Virus record (IMG/VR): IMGVR_UViG_3300031520_000197
Location: 1 to 30,846 of that record
Source: a virus
Lineage: Duplodnaviria; Caudoviricetes
DNA length: 30,846 nucleotides
Direction: 5' to 3' (one strand)
A program made the translations under genes and the position numbers. This document shows positions 1 through 8,769 of this stretch, piece after piece (position 1 is the stretch's first letter; every line of letters begins with the position of its first letter). The notes under the pieces are model-generated. The model was not told where the DNA came from. It was given only the letters and a program-made list of their open reading frames with translations, and did not search any database.

Positions 1-321
1 TCAGTCATCATTCTGGATTCGCCCCAGAAGGGGCCGGTGGCTGTTGAGGTGGCTGTTCCGCGAAGCGGAATACGGGGAACTCGTGCCATTGCTTTCCGTC
101 GAGAAGATCACCGCAAAGATCTGGTCGCGCATTTCGTCCGTCACGTTCTCGTGGAACAAGTCCGACATGGAGTACACGAATATGCGCCGCGGCTTCTTCC
201 ACCTCAGTGGATCTAGCAGGTGCTCCTCATAGGAGTTACGGCATCCTTCACTTACTCGTGAGCAGCCCCGTATCGGATTCCAGGTTGCGTCTGTCCACGA
301 AATACTCGTCTTATCGCCCAT
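1..321 (-). pseudogene. DUF5131 (phage Gp37/Gp68) family remnant with internal deletions
   Basis: N-terminal ISWTDATWNPIRGCSRVSEGC and PLRWKKPRRIFVxSMSDLFHE motifs; the family C-terminal motif LLDGKQWHEFP lies in another frame (8..202 track); much shorter than typical members. Confidence 0.8.
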
Positions 322-330
322 GCATCCCTC

Positions 331-1350
331 CTATGCTTTCTTCCTCTTCATCTCAACAACCTTTGGCGTGGCGACGATCCGCTCTGCTTCGCGGGATGTG
401 TGGTCCGGGGATAAGTGCGCGTATTTACCCGTGATGCTGATGGTTTTGTGGCCCGCCAACTCCTGAATCGTCTTGAGCGGTGTGCCAGCCATTGCGTGCC
501 ATGAGCAGAATGTGTGGCGGAGCGTGTGCCAAGTAACGTCGCGGATCTTCGCTTCCTTCAGTGCTGCCTTGAACCAGCGGGGCTGCACGGCTTTCGTGCC
601 ACTGAAGCGACGGCGGAAAACTAAGCCGCTTGTGTTCGGTGACCGCATGGCCTCAAACGCAGCCAGGGCGATGGAATTCAGTGGGACTGACCGCTCTGTT
701 CCGTTCTTCGAATCTTTCAGCAGAACCTCGCGCCGCTTCCAATCAACGCAGCTCCAGTCGAGGCCGAACTGCTCTCCGAGCCGCATGCCGGTAAAAGCCG
801 CGATCTCCACGGCGGCCTTTTGACGCTCGTCGAGGTAGGGCAGGACGGCGCTGAACTCTTCGCGGCTCAGAAACCGTTGCCGACCGGAAGACTCGCGCTT
901 GCGCTCTACTGAACGCGCAACGTTGACCTCAGCTTTGCCGTTTCTGATGGCGAGCCGCAGGGCTAAGCTAAAAAATGCCTTGTACCGGTTGAAGGTCGCA
1001 CCAGATATCGACCGAGACTCCAGAAACGTCTCGATCATCTGCGGCGTAAGGTCATCCACTTTCACGCCGCCAAGCGCCGCAGCGCTTATCGCACCCTTCG
1101 TGACGTAGTCGCGAGCAGACTTGTGCCGGGTCTTGGCATAGTCCACGGCATCCTGAATCACCTCCGCGAGCAGCACCTTTTTCTTACGCAGCTCGGGAAG
1201 TTTTTGGCCCAGTCGACCAGCTGCCTTGCGGACGCGGTACAGATCGGTTGCGTCGGACTTCCGCCCGACCTTCTCGCGGTGGCGCTTGCCGTCAACGTAA
1301 TAGTCGACCCACCAAACTTTACTGCCCTTTGGGTGCTCGTAAACGCCCAT
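331..1350 (-). CDS. int: Tyrosine recombinase / phage integrase (339 aa)
   Basis: Catalytic residues in TGMRLGE, SKNG, HTLRH, LAGH and KYAHL. Start moved to ATG 1350 (MGVYEHP), which overlaps the xis stop as TAATG. Confidence 0.95.
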   Translation of the reverse strand: MGVYEHPKGSKVWWVDYYVDGKRHREKVGRKSDATDLYRVRKAAGRLGQKLPELRKKKVLLAEVIQDAVDYAKTRHKSARDYVTKGAISAAALGGVKVDDLTPQMIETFLESRSISGATFNRYKAFFSLALRLAIRNGKAEVNVARSVERKRESSGRQRFLSREEFSAVLPYLDERQKAAVEIAAFTGMRLGEQFGLDWSCVDWKRREVLLKDSKNGTERSVPLNSIALAAFEAMRSPNTSGLVFRRRFSGTKAVQPRWFKAALKEAKIRDVTWHTLRHTFCSWHAMAGTPLKTIQELAGHKTISITGKYAHLSPDHTSREAERIVATPKVVEMKRKKA

Positions 1351-1553
1351 TAGCTTGCCCTCTGCTTCAGGGAGCCTTCGTAGTCGTTCATGCTGGCAAT
1401 GCGGCGGACCTCGGAAGTCGGAATGAGAACTCTTCCGCCGGCACGCCGCGTATCGATCTTCTTGCTGGCGATCATGTAGTCCAGGCTGCGAAGTGAAATC
1501 GCCAGCGCGTAGCAAGCCTCTTTTTTGGTGTAGCGCAGCTTTTCGACGTTCAC
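1350..1553 (-). CDS. xis: Excisionase-like HTH_17 DNA-binding protein
   Basis: 67 aa, YTKKEACYALAISLRSLDYMIA...RRAGGRVLIP; directly upstream of and coupled to int. Confidence 0.85.
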   Translation of the reverse strand: MNVEKLRYTKKEACYALAISLRSLDYMIASKKIDTRRAGGRVLIPTSEVRRIASMNDYEGSLKQRAS

Positions 1554-1777
1554 GCGACCTCCTTATCCTGGATGACGTACCGCTCCGGATACATAACCTG
1601 CATCTCGGTAACCGCATGGCCGAAATATCGAGCGATCTCCTCGGCCATCTTTTTGCTGGGGGCGGCTTCTCCCTTTTCGATACGCGAGTAATGACTGTTG
1701 TCGATGTTAAGTTCTAGAGCTACAGCCGTCCTGGTAAGGCCTCGCTTTTCACGCTCTTGCCGCAATGGGGTAACCAT
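1550..1777 (-). CDS. cro: Cro-like XRE HTH regulator (75 aa)
   Basis: MVTPLRQERE...YSRIEKG...TEMQVMYPERY; GGAGG SD at 1784-1788; divergent from cI; stop overlaps xis GTG. Confidence 0.85.
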   Translation of the reverse strand: MVTPLRQEREKRGLTRTAVALELNIDNSHYSRIEKGEAAPSKKMAEEIARYFGHAVTEMQVMYPERYVIQDKEVA

Positions 1778-1790
1778 GGGGTGCCTCCAA

Positions 1791-1854
1791 TTGGCTTTAT
1801 AATCCAAACCAAAGTTTGGGTCAAGGGCGAATTTGAGTTGGCTTTTAGAACCAC
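1791..1854. promoter_or_regulatory. Operator triplet (TTGG-N9-CCAA) and leftward sigma70-like promoter for cro-xis-int
   Basis: TTGGctttataatCCAA 1791-1807, TTtGggtcaagggCgAA 1815-1831 (degenerate), TTGGcttttagaaCCAc 1838-1854. Minus-strand TTGACC (1824-1819), 17 bp, TATAAA (1801-1796). Confidence 0.75.
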
Positions 1855-1875
1855 CGTGATGAAACAATCCAACCT

Positions 1876-2511
1876 GTGAGCACAGTAGGATCAAACATCC
1901 GCAAGTTGAGGAAAAGCCTAGACTTAACCCTGGATCAACTCTCCGAACTTGCAAAAGTGGACGTTAGCAACCTTTCAAAGGTAGAGCGAGGACTGAGCGG
2001 GTACAGCAAAGAGAGTATTGACCGGATCGCCAGAGCTCTGAGCGTCCCGCTGGAAGTTTTATTTGCTGAAGGGTCGAACGTAAATCCAATCCCCCGGGGG
2101 TCTCGTACTATACCTGTGCTGGACTATGTTCAGGCCGGTGAGTGGACAGCAAGTCGTGGCGGACGCCCAGACCCCGAGATTCAAGAGCACATCTTAACGG
2201 ACATACGTAGCTCCGCAGAGACCTTCGCCCTACGAATCAATGGCGACTCGATGACCCCAGACTTTAGAGAGGGGGACTGTGTGCTTATTGACCCCTCTAT
2301 TTCCCCAAGGCCTGGCGACTTCGTAGTGGCAGCAAACGGCGACGAAGGTGCCTTGTTTAAGCAATACCGGGAGCGCGAAGTAGACTCATCCGGCAAGCCA
2401 GTCATCGAGCTGGTGCCACTAAACAGTGCTTACCCCATCTACAGAGGCGATGTTGTTCCCCTGAGGATCATCGGGACGATGGTAGAACACCGCCGGTATC
2501 GAAAGCGCTAG
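1876..2511 (+). CDS. cI: CI-like repressor, HTH plus S24 peptidase domain
   Basis: N-terminal HTH; VQAG autocleavage site, GDSM serine, FKQY lysine. Confidence 0.93.
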   Translation: MSTVGSNIRKLRKSLDLTLDQLSELAKVDVSNLSKVERGLSGYSKESIDRIARALSVPLEVLFAEGSNVNPIPRGSRTIPVLDYVQAGEWTASRGGRPDPEIQEHILTDIRSSAETFALRINGDSMTPDFREGDCVLIDPSISPRPGDFVVAANGDEGALFKQYREREVDSSGKPVIELVPLNSAYPIYRGDVVPLRIIGTMVEHRRYRKR

Positions 2512-2554
2512 CGGGATCTGGGCGATAAGACGGCGGGAATAATTTATTTCGTAA

Positions 2555-2619
2555 TTGGTGTTTGACACCAAGAACTCTCTGGGCGTATAAACCATCTTGT
2601 GATTGGCAATTCATTCCAA
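2555..2619 (+). promoter_or_regulatory. Operator triplet and rightward early promoter
   Basis: TTGGtgtttgacaCCAA 2555-2571, cTGGgcgtataaaCCAt 2579-2595, TTGGcaattcattCCAA 2603-2619 (24-bp period). TTGACA 2562-2567, 18 bp, TATAAA 2586-2591. Confidence 0.8.
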
Positions 2620-2646
2620 TCCACAGATCGCCCCCGAGGTCTCCAC

Positions 2647-3363
2647 ATGCCCCAAGAGAGCAGCAGCCCCCAGAAAAAATTCACGATCTATAGTCGATGG
2701 GACTCAACCCGCGTCGTTTTTGAGCGGGAAGGTACATCCCTCAAGCAGATCGTTGCCGCCGCCGTAGCTAGCGGTGCGCGTCTCAGCGGTGCGAATCTCA
2801 GCGGTTCGGATCTCAGCGGTTCGGATCTCAGCGATTCGAATCTCAGCGGTTCGGATCTCAGCGATTCGAATCTCAGCGGTTCGAATCTCAGCGGTTCGAA
2901 TCTTCGCGGTGCGCGTCTCAGCGGTGCGGATCTTCGCGGTGCGCGTCTCAGCGATTCGGATCTCAGCGGTGCGCGTCTCAGCGGTGCGGATCTCAACGAC
3001 GCGAACTTGGAAGACGCGGACCTCGGCGGCATAAAGCACGACCTGTGGGATGTCCTTTTTAGGGCGCCGCGAGAGATTCCTGGCCTTCTCTCGACGCTAA
3101 GGGACGGTCGCGTAGATGGATCGGCGTACGAAGGTGAATGCGCCTGCCTGGTGGGAACGATTGCGAATATTGCCCACACTAACTATAAGTCCCTTTACTC
3201 CATCAAGCCCGATGCGTCGAGGCCTGCTGAGCGGTGGTTTTTGGCTATTCGAAAAGGCGACATGCCGGATAGTTCCCCTGTCGTCAGGCTAACCGTGGAG
3301 TGGGTAGAAGAATTTACAGGTTTACTCAACCGAAGTGCGGCTCTGCTCGCGGCGGTGAAGTAA
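2647..3363 (+). CDS. Pentapeptide-repeat protein with Cys-containing C-terminal domain
   Basis: About 17 [AS][DNR]L[SR][GD] repeats followed by GSAYEGECACLVGT; ATG 2647 preceded by GAGG. Confidence 0.88.
   Translation: MPQESSSPQKKFTIYSRWDSTRVVFEREGTSLKQIVAAAVASGARLSGANLSGSDLSGSDLSDSNLSGSDLSDSNLSGSNLSGSNLRGARLSGADLRGARLSDSDLSGARLSGADLNDANLEDADLGGIKHDLWDVLFRAPREIPGLLSTLRDGRVDGSAYEGECACLVGTIANIAHTNYKSLYSIKPDASRPAERWFLAIRKGDMPDSSPVVRLTVEWVEEFTGLLNRSAALLAAVK
2776..3030 (+). repeat. 15-bp coding tandem repeat (about 17 units)
   Basis: Units such as TCGGATCTCAGCGGT, TCGAATCTCAGCGGT, GCGCGTCTCAGCGGT. Confidence 0.95.
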
Positions 3364-3827
3364 TGATTAGGCAGAATTTATATGAGCAGCTGATGCGTGA
3401 GTGCTTTCCGGCCCTGTTCCCGAAGTCAAACCAGCGCTGCATGTACTGCAATGAAGTGCTGGTTGAGGCGGATAAGGCGACTTATCGCCACGCGCTCAAC
3501 GATTCTATCGACTGCCCTGGAGCCACCACCACTGCTTTTCCCGCCAGCGACTTCCAGCGGGTTGCCACCTCAGACCACGACTGCCCCAGCGTCCAAGAAC
3601 CAATACAGCACCGGTCCGCAGAGGCCGTACTTGCCGATCCGGTTCGCGACAATGCCTTTGGGACATTGTTGGCGCTGTTGAAGCTGATAGATAAGGCAAC
3701 CGAAGTATTGCGGTTAGGTAGTTCGGGATACAAGGCAGGGGAGATTCGAATTCGGGCGGAGCTGGATAAGGCTATTGATGAGGCCGAAGTTGCTGTACGC
3801 CGCGCGAGCGGAAAGGATGGCCGCTAG
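3363..3827 (+). CDS. Hypothetical phage protein with CxxC-H-C motif
   Basis: TAATG coupling to the upstream gene; CMYC...H...C. Confidence 0.7.
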   Translation: MIRQNLYEQLMRECFPALFPKSNQRCMYCNEVLVEADKATYRHALNDSIDCPGATTTAFPASDFQRVATSDHDCPSVQEPIQHRSAEAVLADPVRDNAFGTLLALLKLIDKATEVLRLGSSGYKAGEIRIRAELDKAIDEAEVAVRRASGKDGR

Positions 3828-4025
3828 ATGGGTAAAGTTTACCCGCGCGAGCGCGACAGAAATGCAATGTTACTCCGTTCACTCGATGATCTAAGCCTGA
3901 GTAAACCACTCCCGCCCGAGCTGAAAGTGCGAATGTTCTCGTGGGCGGTCGCAGGCTTCTGGGCGCGCGACCACGTGGTAAACAAGTTTGTGCTGACAGC
4001 AAAAGGGAGGGAGGCAGCACGATGA
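3828..4025 (+). CDS. Hypothetical small protein (possible winged-helix fragment)
   Basis: Abuts upstream stop; ends FVLTAKGREAAR. Confidence 0.6.
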   Translation: MGKVYPRERDRNAMLLRSLDDLSLSKPLPPELKVRMFSWAVAGFWARDHVVNKFVLTAKGREAAR

Positions 4026-4183
4026 GTTTCTTCGATTCACTTCCCGAACGACACGAACGCGGCGTTATCCAATACCGGCAGAAACACTTAGTGATTCGCT
4101 GGTTGATTGGTTTGGTAGTTATCGGTGCTTGCTGGTCGATTGGGCTCGCGATGGGGTGGGTAAACGCTGGGAGGCCACGATGA
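4022..4183 (+). CDS. Small single-pass membrane protein
   Basis: ATGA overlap, GGAGG SD, hydrophobic stretch LVIRWLIGLVVIGACWSIGLAMGW. Confidence 0.65.
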   Translation: MSFFDSLPERHERGVIQYRQKHLVIRWLIGLVVIGACWSIGLAMGWVNAGRPR

Positions 4184-4314
4184 GCTATTCGACTGCGTTT
4201 CTCGAAAACAACTTCCCGCCGGGCATGTCCGATTGCGATTGGGCACATGTAAATGGCGGCGACGAGCCAGACTCACAAGAAGGAACGGACTTTGCGGAGG
4301 ACTCAGATGAGTAG
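4180..4314 (+). CDS. Small acidic hypothetical protein (44 aa)
   Basis: ATGA overlap, GGAGG SD, D/E-rich C-terminus. Confidence 0.6.
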   Translation: MSYSTAFLENNFPPGMSDCDWAHVNGGDEPDSQEGTDFAEDSDE

Positions 4315-5044
4315 TGAACTTGTGACTGTAAACGACACTGCTGAGATATCTGGCCCGTTTCGCCTGCTCCAGATGGCCATCGATAAGGGGGCATCCTTAG
4401 AGCAAATACAGCAGCTTATGGAACTTCAGGAGCGCGCCGAGACGAACATGGCACGGAAGGCGTTCTTTGCGGCGATGGCGAAGTTCAAGGAGAACGCGCC
4501 GCAAATCACAAAGAATAAGCATGTGAAGTTCGAGACGCAGAAGGGCGTAACTGAATACGACCACGAGACCCTAGACCACGTGGTTGACCTGATCGGCCCG
4601 GCCCTGAGTGCCGTGGGCATTCGGCACCGTTGGGACTTGAAGCAGGATGCGCTCACGGTGACGGTTACGTGCGTTCTGTCCCACGAACTGGGGCATAGCG
4701 AACTCACCCCGGTAACGGTTAGCCACGACCCGAGCGGCGGCAAAAATTCGATTCAGGCAATCAAGTCGGCAATCTCCTACGCAGAACGGATAACGCTGCT
4801 GGCGGCTACAGGCATGGCGGCGCGGGGGCTTGATGACGACGGTAAGTCTGCTGGCACTTCAGCCAAGCCGGGTATGTCGGAACAAGACTTTATCTTCCAC
4901 AAAGACAATATCGAAGCCTCGCGCTCGCACGATGAGAACAAACGCGCCTTCACTGCTGCATGGAATGCTGCCGAGGCCCTGAAGGACCAAGCGGCGCAAG
5001 GCGACTTCATTCAACTCCGCGACAAAAAGAAGGCAGAACTATGA
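4307..5044 (+). CDS. erf: ERF-family ssDNA-annealing recombinase
   Basis: VTCVLSHELGHSE and IQAIKSAISYAERITLLAATG...DDDG motifs; adjacent to an exonuclease. Confidence 0.88.
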   Translation: MSSELVTVNDTAEISGPFRLLQMAIDKGASLEQIQQLMELQERAETNMARKAFFAAMAKFKENAPQITKNKHVKFETQKGVTEYDHETLDHVVDLIGPALSAVGIRHRWDLKQDALTVTVTCVLSHELGHSELTPVTVSHDPSGGKNSIQAIKSAISYAERITLLAATGMAARGLDDDGKSAGTSAKPGMSEQDFIFHKDNIEASRSHDENKRAFTAAWNAAEALKDQAAQGDFIQLRDKKKAEL

Positions 5045-5778
5045 AGATTGTCAACTGTGTCCAGGGTTCGCCGTCTTGGCTGCAAGAACGAAATGCGAGA
5101 GTTACAGCTTCGCGTGTCGCAGATGCACTTGGCTTCCTGAAGCGCGGTGATAAGCAAGGGGCTGAAACGGCTGGCAGAGCCTCTTACAAGACAGAGATTG
5201 TCTCTGAGATCCTTACTGGATTTGCTGCGGATCACTACGTTAGCCCCTACATGGTGCGCGGAACAGAGCAGGAGCCCTTTGCTCGCGCCGCCTACGGAGT
5301 GCGGTTCGACGTGGATGTGGAGCAGGTTGGCTTTGTCATTCACCCAACGATTGACCGAGCTGGCTGTAGCCCGGATGGGCTCCTTGGCTCTGATGGTGGC
5401 GTGGAGTTCAAGAACCCAAAGACCGAACGCCATCTGCAATATATGCTCGCCCGGGTGCTGCCTCCAGAGTACGAACCCCAAGTGATGTGGAACATGGCCT
5501 GCACGGAACGTGCGTGGTGGGACTTTGTTTCGTTTGATAGTCGGATGCCCTTGCGTCACCAGTTATTCCGTGTCCGCGTCGAGCGCAACGATAAGCGCAT
5601 AGCGGAGATGGAAGCGGGCGTGGTGCAGTTTCTCGCTGAGGTCGATGAAGTAATTGCCCGCCTCGAATCGCTCAACCCAGAGACATTTCCTGAGCGGCTA
5701 CAGGCCTCTCTAGACGAGACAAACGTCCTCGACGCGGACATAGCCTGGTGGTACGCCAACACGCCGGTAGCGCAGTGA
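5041..5778 (+). CDS. YqaJ / lambda-exonuclease family nuclease
   Basis: QGSPSWLQER, VTASR, RGTEQEP, GCSPDGL, EFKNP, QVMWNM, WWDFVSFD. Confidence 0.93.
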   Translation: MKIVNCVQGSPSWLQERNARVTASRVADALGFLKRGDKQGAETAGRASYKTEIVSEILTGFAADHYVSPYMVRGTEQEPFARAAYGVRFDVDVEQVGFVIHPTIDRAGCSPDGLLGSDGGVEFKNPKTERHLQYMLARVLPPEYEPQVMWNMACTERAWWDFVSFDSRMPLRHQLFRVRVERNDKRIAEMEAGVVQFLAEVDEVIARLESLNPETFPERLQASLDETNVLDADIAWWYANTPVAQ

Positions 5779-6007
5779 TGGCCAAGCGTAAAGCCACACG
5801 CCGCGCGAATGGCTTGCTCGACGCCTTGAGTGTATCGAGCGCGCCGAGGGCAAGTGCGAGAAGTGCTTTCGTGACACCCCGCTTGGGGCCGGAAACGCGC
5901 ACCACAAGAGCGGCACTCGCGGACTTGGCGGTGGGAAGCGAGACGACCGCATTGAGGGGCTTCGCTGGCTCTGCCAGTGGTGCCATGGTCAGGTGCATGC
6001 TTTATGA
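5778..6007 (+). pseudogene. HNH-type zinc-binding nuclease gene with a frameshift near codon 5
   Basis: Startless frame 5792-6007 reads SHTPREWLARRLECIERAEGKCEKC...NAHHKSGTRGLGGGKRDDRIEGLRWLCQWCHGQVHAL*; its stop overlaps the next ATG (ATGA 6004-6007); ATG 5778 is in a different frame. Confidence 0.8.
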
Positions 6008-6188
6008 CTAGCTTCTTCAACTTCTTCCGTCATTTCTGCTGCCACAGGGATACGACCTTCCCCTACTTCAACCTGCAGTACTGCCGGGAATGCGGACGAT
6101 CGCGCTCTATGAGATTAGGTGAAGCGCCGGGCCGGTGGCTGACAAGTAAGCAACGGAACGCAAAAAAGAAAGACCAGGTGGCAGGCTA

Positions 6189-6189
<1 letters not shown>
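6004..6189 (+). CDS. Small Cys/His protein (CCH...CxxC)
   Basis: FCCHRDTTFP...YCRECG; coupled at both ends. Confidence 0.7.
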
Positions 6190-7157
<968 letters not shown>

Positions 7158-7520
7158 GATCGAAGAGCAAGCGGATGCCCTTGCGCCGCAAAGCAAGCTT
7201 CCGGTAAGGAACGAATTTCTAGAGCGCTGGGAGAAAGACAAGCAGCACGTCGAGAGAGAACGCGAAGAAGATCGCCTGAAGCCCGGATACGTTCCATTCG
7301 ACCTGACGGCCGAGATGAAAAGAATCGCTGCAGAAAAAGTGCGGCGGGATGAGAAGGATCGAGAGCAGGCCAATTTGAGGCGCGAAGAGATGTACTCGAA
7401 AGTGCGGTCGGACTATCGCAAAGCTCTGGAAGCTGTAGCTACGGATTTTCGGGCGCGGGGAATGTCGGAAGAGCAGATCCAAGTTGAGCTCTACGGTAGG
7501 GCAAAAGACAGGGGCCAGAC

Positions 7521-7817
7521 ATGCAACCAAGAAAAGTAGTTGTGCTGCACTGCTCTGACGAGGAGATAGCTTCGTGTATTCGCTTTCTGCTGGTGATCCG
7601 AAGGTACAGAGTTCTGACGGTAGGGGAAGACAGCCTGGACGAAGAGATTGATGCCTACGTGGTCTACAAAGACCAACGTGCGGTGGATCTGATCGCAGAG
7701 AACGGAGGGTTCCAGCGAACTGTTTTTGTAACGAAGTATGAGGCTGAGGAGCTTTTGGAGCGGGTGAGAGTGGCAGCGATCCGGAAGCGCGGACCGAAGA
7801 AGCGGATAGCGGCATGA
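7521..7817 (+). CDS. Degenerate response-regulator receiver-like protein with RKRGP tail
   Basis: MQPRKVVVL...IRFLLVIRRYRVLT...ELLERVRVAAIRKRGPKK follows a shortened receiver beta1-alpha1-beta2...alpha5 pattern. Confidence 0.6.
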   Translation: MQPRKVVVLHCSDEEIASCIRFLLVIRRYRVLTVGEDSLDEEIDAYVVYKDQRAVDLIAENGGFQRTVFVTKYEAEELLERVRVAAIRKRGPKKRIAA

Positions 7818-8191
7818 GTAAGAGGAGAAACAAAGTGACAGTGAGACCCACAGAAGAAGTAGACGAGGCCATCGAGTGGATGTCTTCCGGCGATCTTGAT
7901 GCTCCCGTCATAGCTGAGTGGCTGGCCACCGTGCGAGAGCAGGACACGGGCTGGATCAGCGTGGAAGACCGGTTAGACATGGAACGTGAGGATAACTGCT
8001 GCCTAGATATTGCAGATGTCGAGCGGTACAGCGTTGTTGGGCTGGTCTGGGATGAAGACATCGCAGATGTTTTGCGGGCCTCATATGACTTCCGAGAGAA
8101 GGTCTGGAATAACGCCGACACTGGCGATCAACTGCATGGCGTAACTCACAGGCGGCCTCTCCCGGCTCCTCCTGTAGAGGAGAGGGCGTGA
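7814..8191 (+). CDS. DUF551-like phage protein
   Basis: WISVEDRL...VTHRRPLPAPP signature. Confidence 0.75.
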   Translation: MSKRRNKVTVRPTEEVDEAIEWMSSGDLDAPVIAEWLATVREQDTGWISVEDRLDMEREDNCCLDIADVERYSVVGLVWDEDIADVLRASYDFREKVWNNADTGDQLHGVTHRRPLPAPPVEERA

Positions 8192-8598
8192 TCTCATTCA
8201 AGGTCTACTCGAAATGTGAGCCCCAGGGTAGCTCTCGCGCTCTCGTTATAGGGGGTAAGGTACGTATCACCTCCGCCAACGCCAAGCTGAAGCCTTTCCG
8301 TCACACTGTGACCCAGGTAGCGATGGAGGAGGTCGGCAAGATCGGCGTAACACCGCTATTTGGCAAACACGTGCCGGTCAAACTGGAACTGGTGTTCACA
8401 TTCAGGCGACCTCCGAGTATCCCTAAGAGGCGCGTGCATTGCGTTGTAAAACCCGACCTTGACAAAATTTGCAGGTCGATTCTAGACGCGCTCTCCGGAG
8501 CGGTCTATCGTGACGACGCTCAGGTCGTTACGATGAGCGCGAGCAAGATCTACGGCGATGTCGAGGGTGTCTGGATTCAGGCACAGGAAATTAAATAA
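8188..8598 (+). CDS. rusA: RusA-family Holliday junction resolvase
   Basis: PQGS, FTFRRP, KPDLDKICRSILDAL, YRDDAQV. Confidence 0.92.
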   Translation: MISFKVYSKCEPQGSSRALVIGGKVRITSANAKLKPFRHTVTQVAMEEVGKIGVTPLFGKHVPVKLELVFTFRRPPSIPKRRVHCVVKPDLDKICRSILDALSGAVYRDDAQVVTMSASKIYGDVEGVWIQAQEIK

Positions 8599-8624
8599 AT
8601 GGAAACACGTATTTTAGTCCCTTA

Positions 8625-8762
8625 TTACTTGTTTTCAGTGGTTTCAGTCTTCGGCTTTTTCTTGCGTTCCCGAGGCTCTTTTATCTTCGATTCGGGCCGG
8701 TAGCGGAGAACAATATCTGCCATTTTGTCTAGCACCTTGGGGTCAAGCGTGTGGACTTTCAC
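8625..8762 (-). CDS. Small basic protein downstream of the IS1595 transposase (45 aa)
   Basis: GGGAG SD, GTG 8762; LDKMADIVLRYRP followed by a K/R-rich tail. Confidence 0.55.
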   Translation of the reverse strand: MKVHTLDPKVLDKMADIVLRYRPESKIKEPRERKKKPKTETTENK

Positions 8763-8769
8763 ATCTCCC

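Noticed and set aside
1351-1617. N-terminal extension of the 428-aa integrase ORF
   Set aside because: Overlaps xis and cro in another frame; the coupled ATG at 1350 gives a normal-length integrase
1550-2645. Invertible immunity cassette
   Set aside because: The only shared inverted sequence at the ends is the SD-like GAGGTC; no invertase, and the cro stop overlaps the xis start
2688-3179. Repetitive alternative-frame ORFs (AEIRT, RFEPL, AVRIS) and a possible CRISPR-like array
   Set aside because: Shadows of the 15-bp pentapeptide coding repeat; no unique spacers
5748-6011. 87-aa Ala/Arg-rich ORF as the real gene
   Set aside because: No motif; the overlapping frame has a clear HNH pattern and stop/start coupling
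7219-8121. 300-aa minus-strand ORF, and similar long antisense ORFs over structural genes
   Set aside because: Ser-rich with no motifs, opposite well-supported genes in GC-rich DNA
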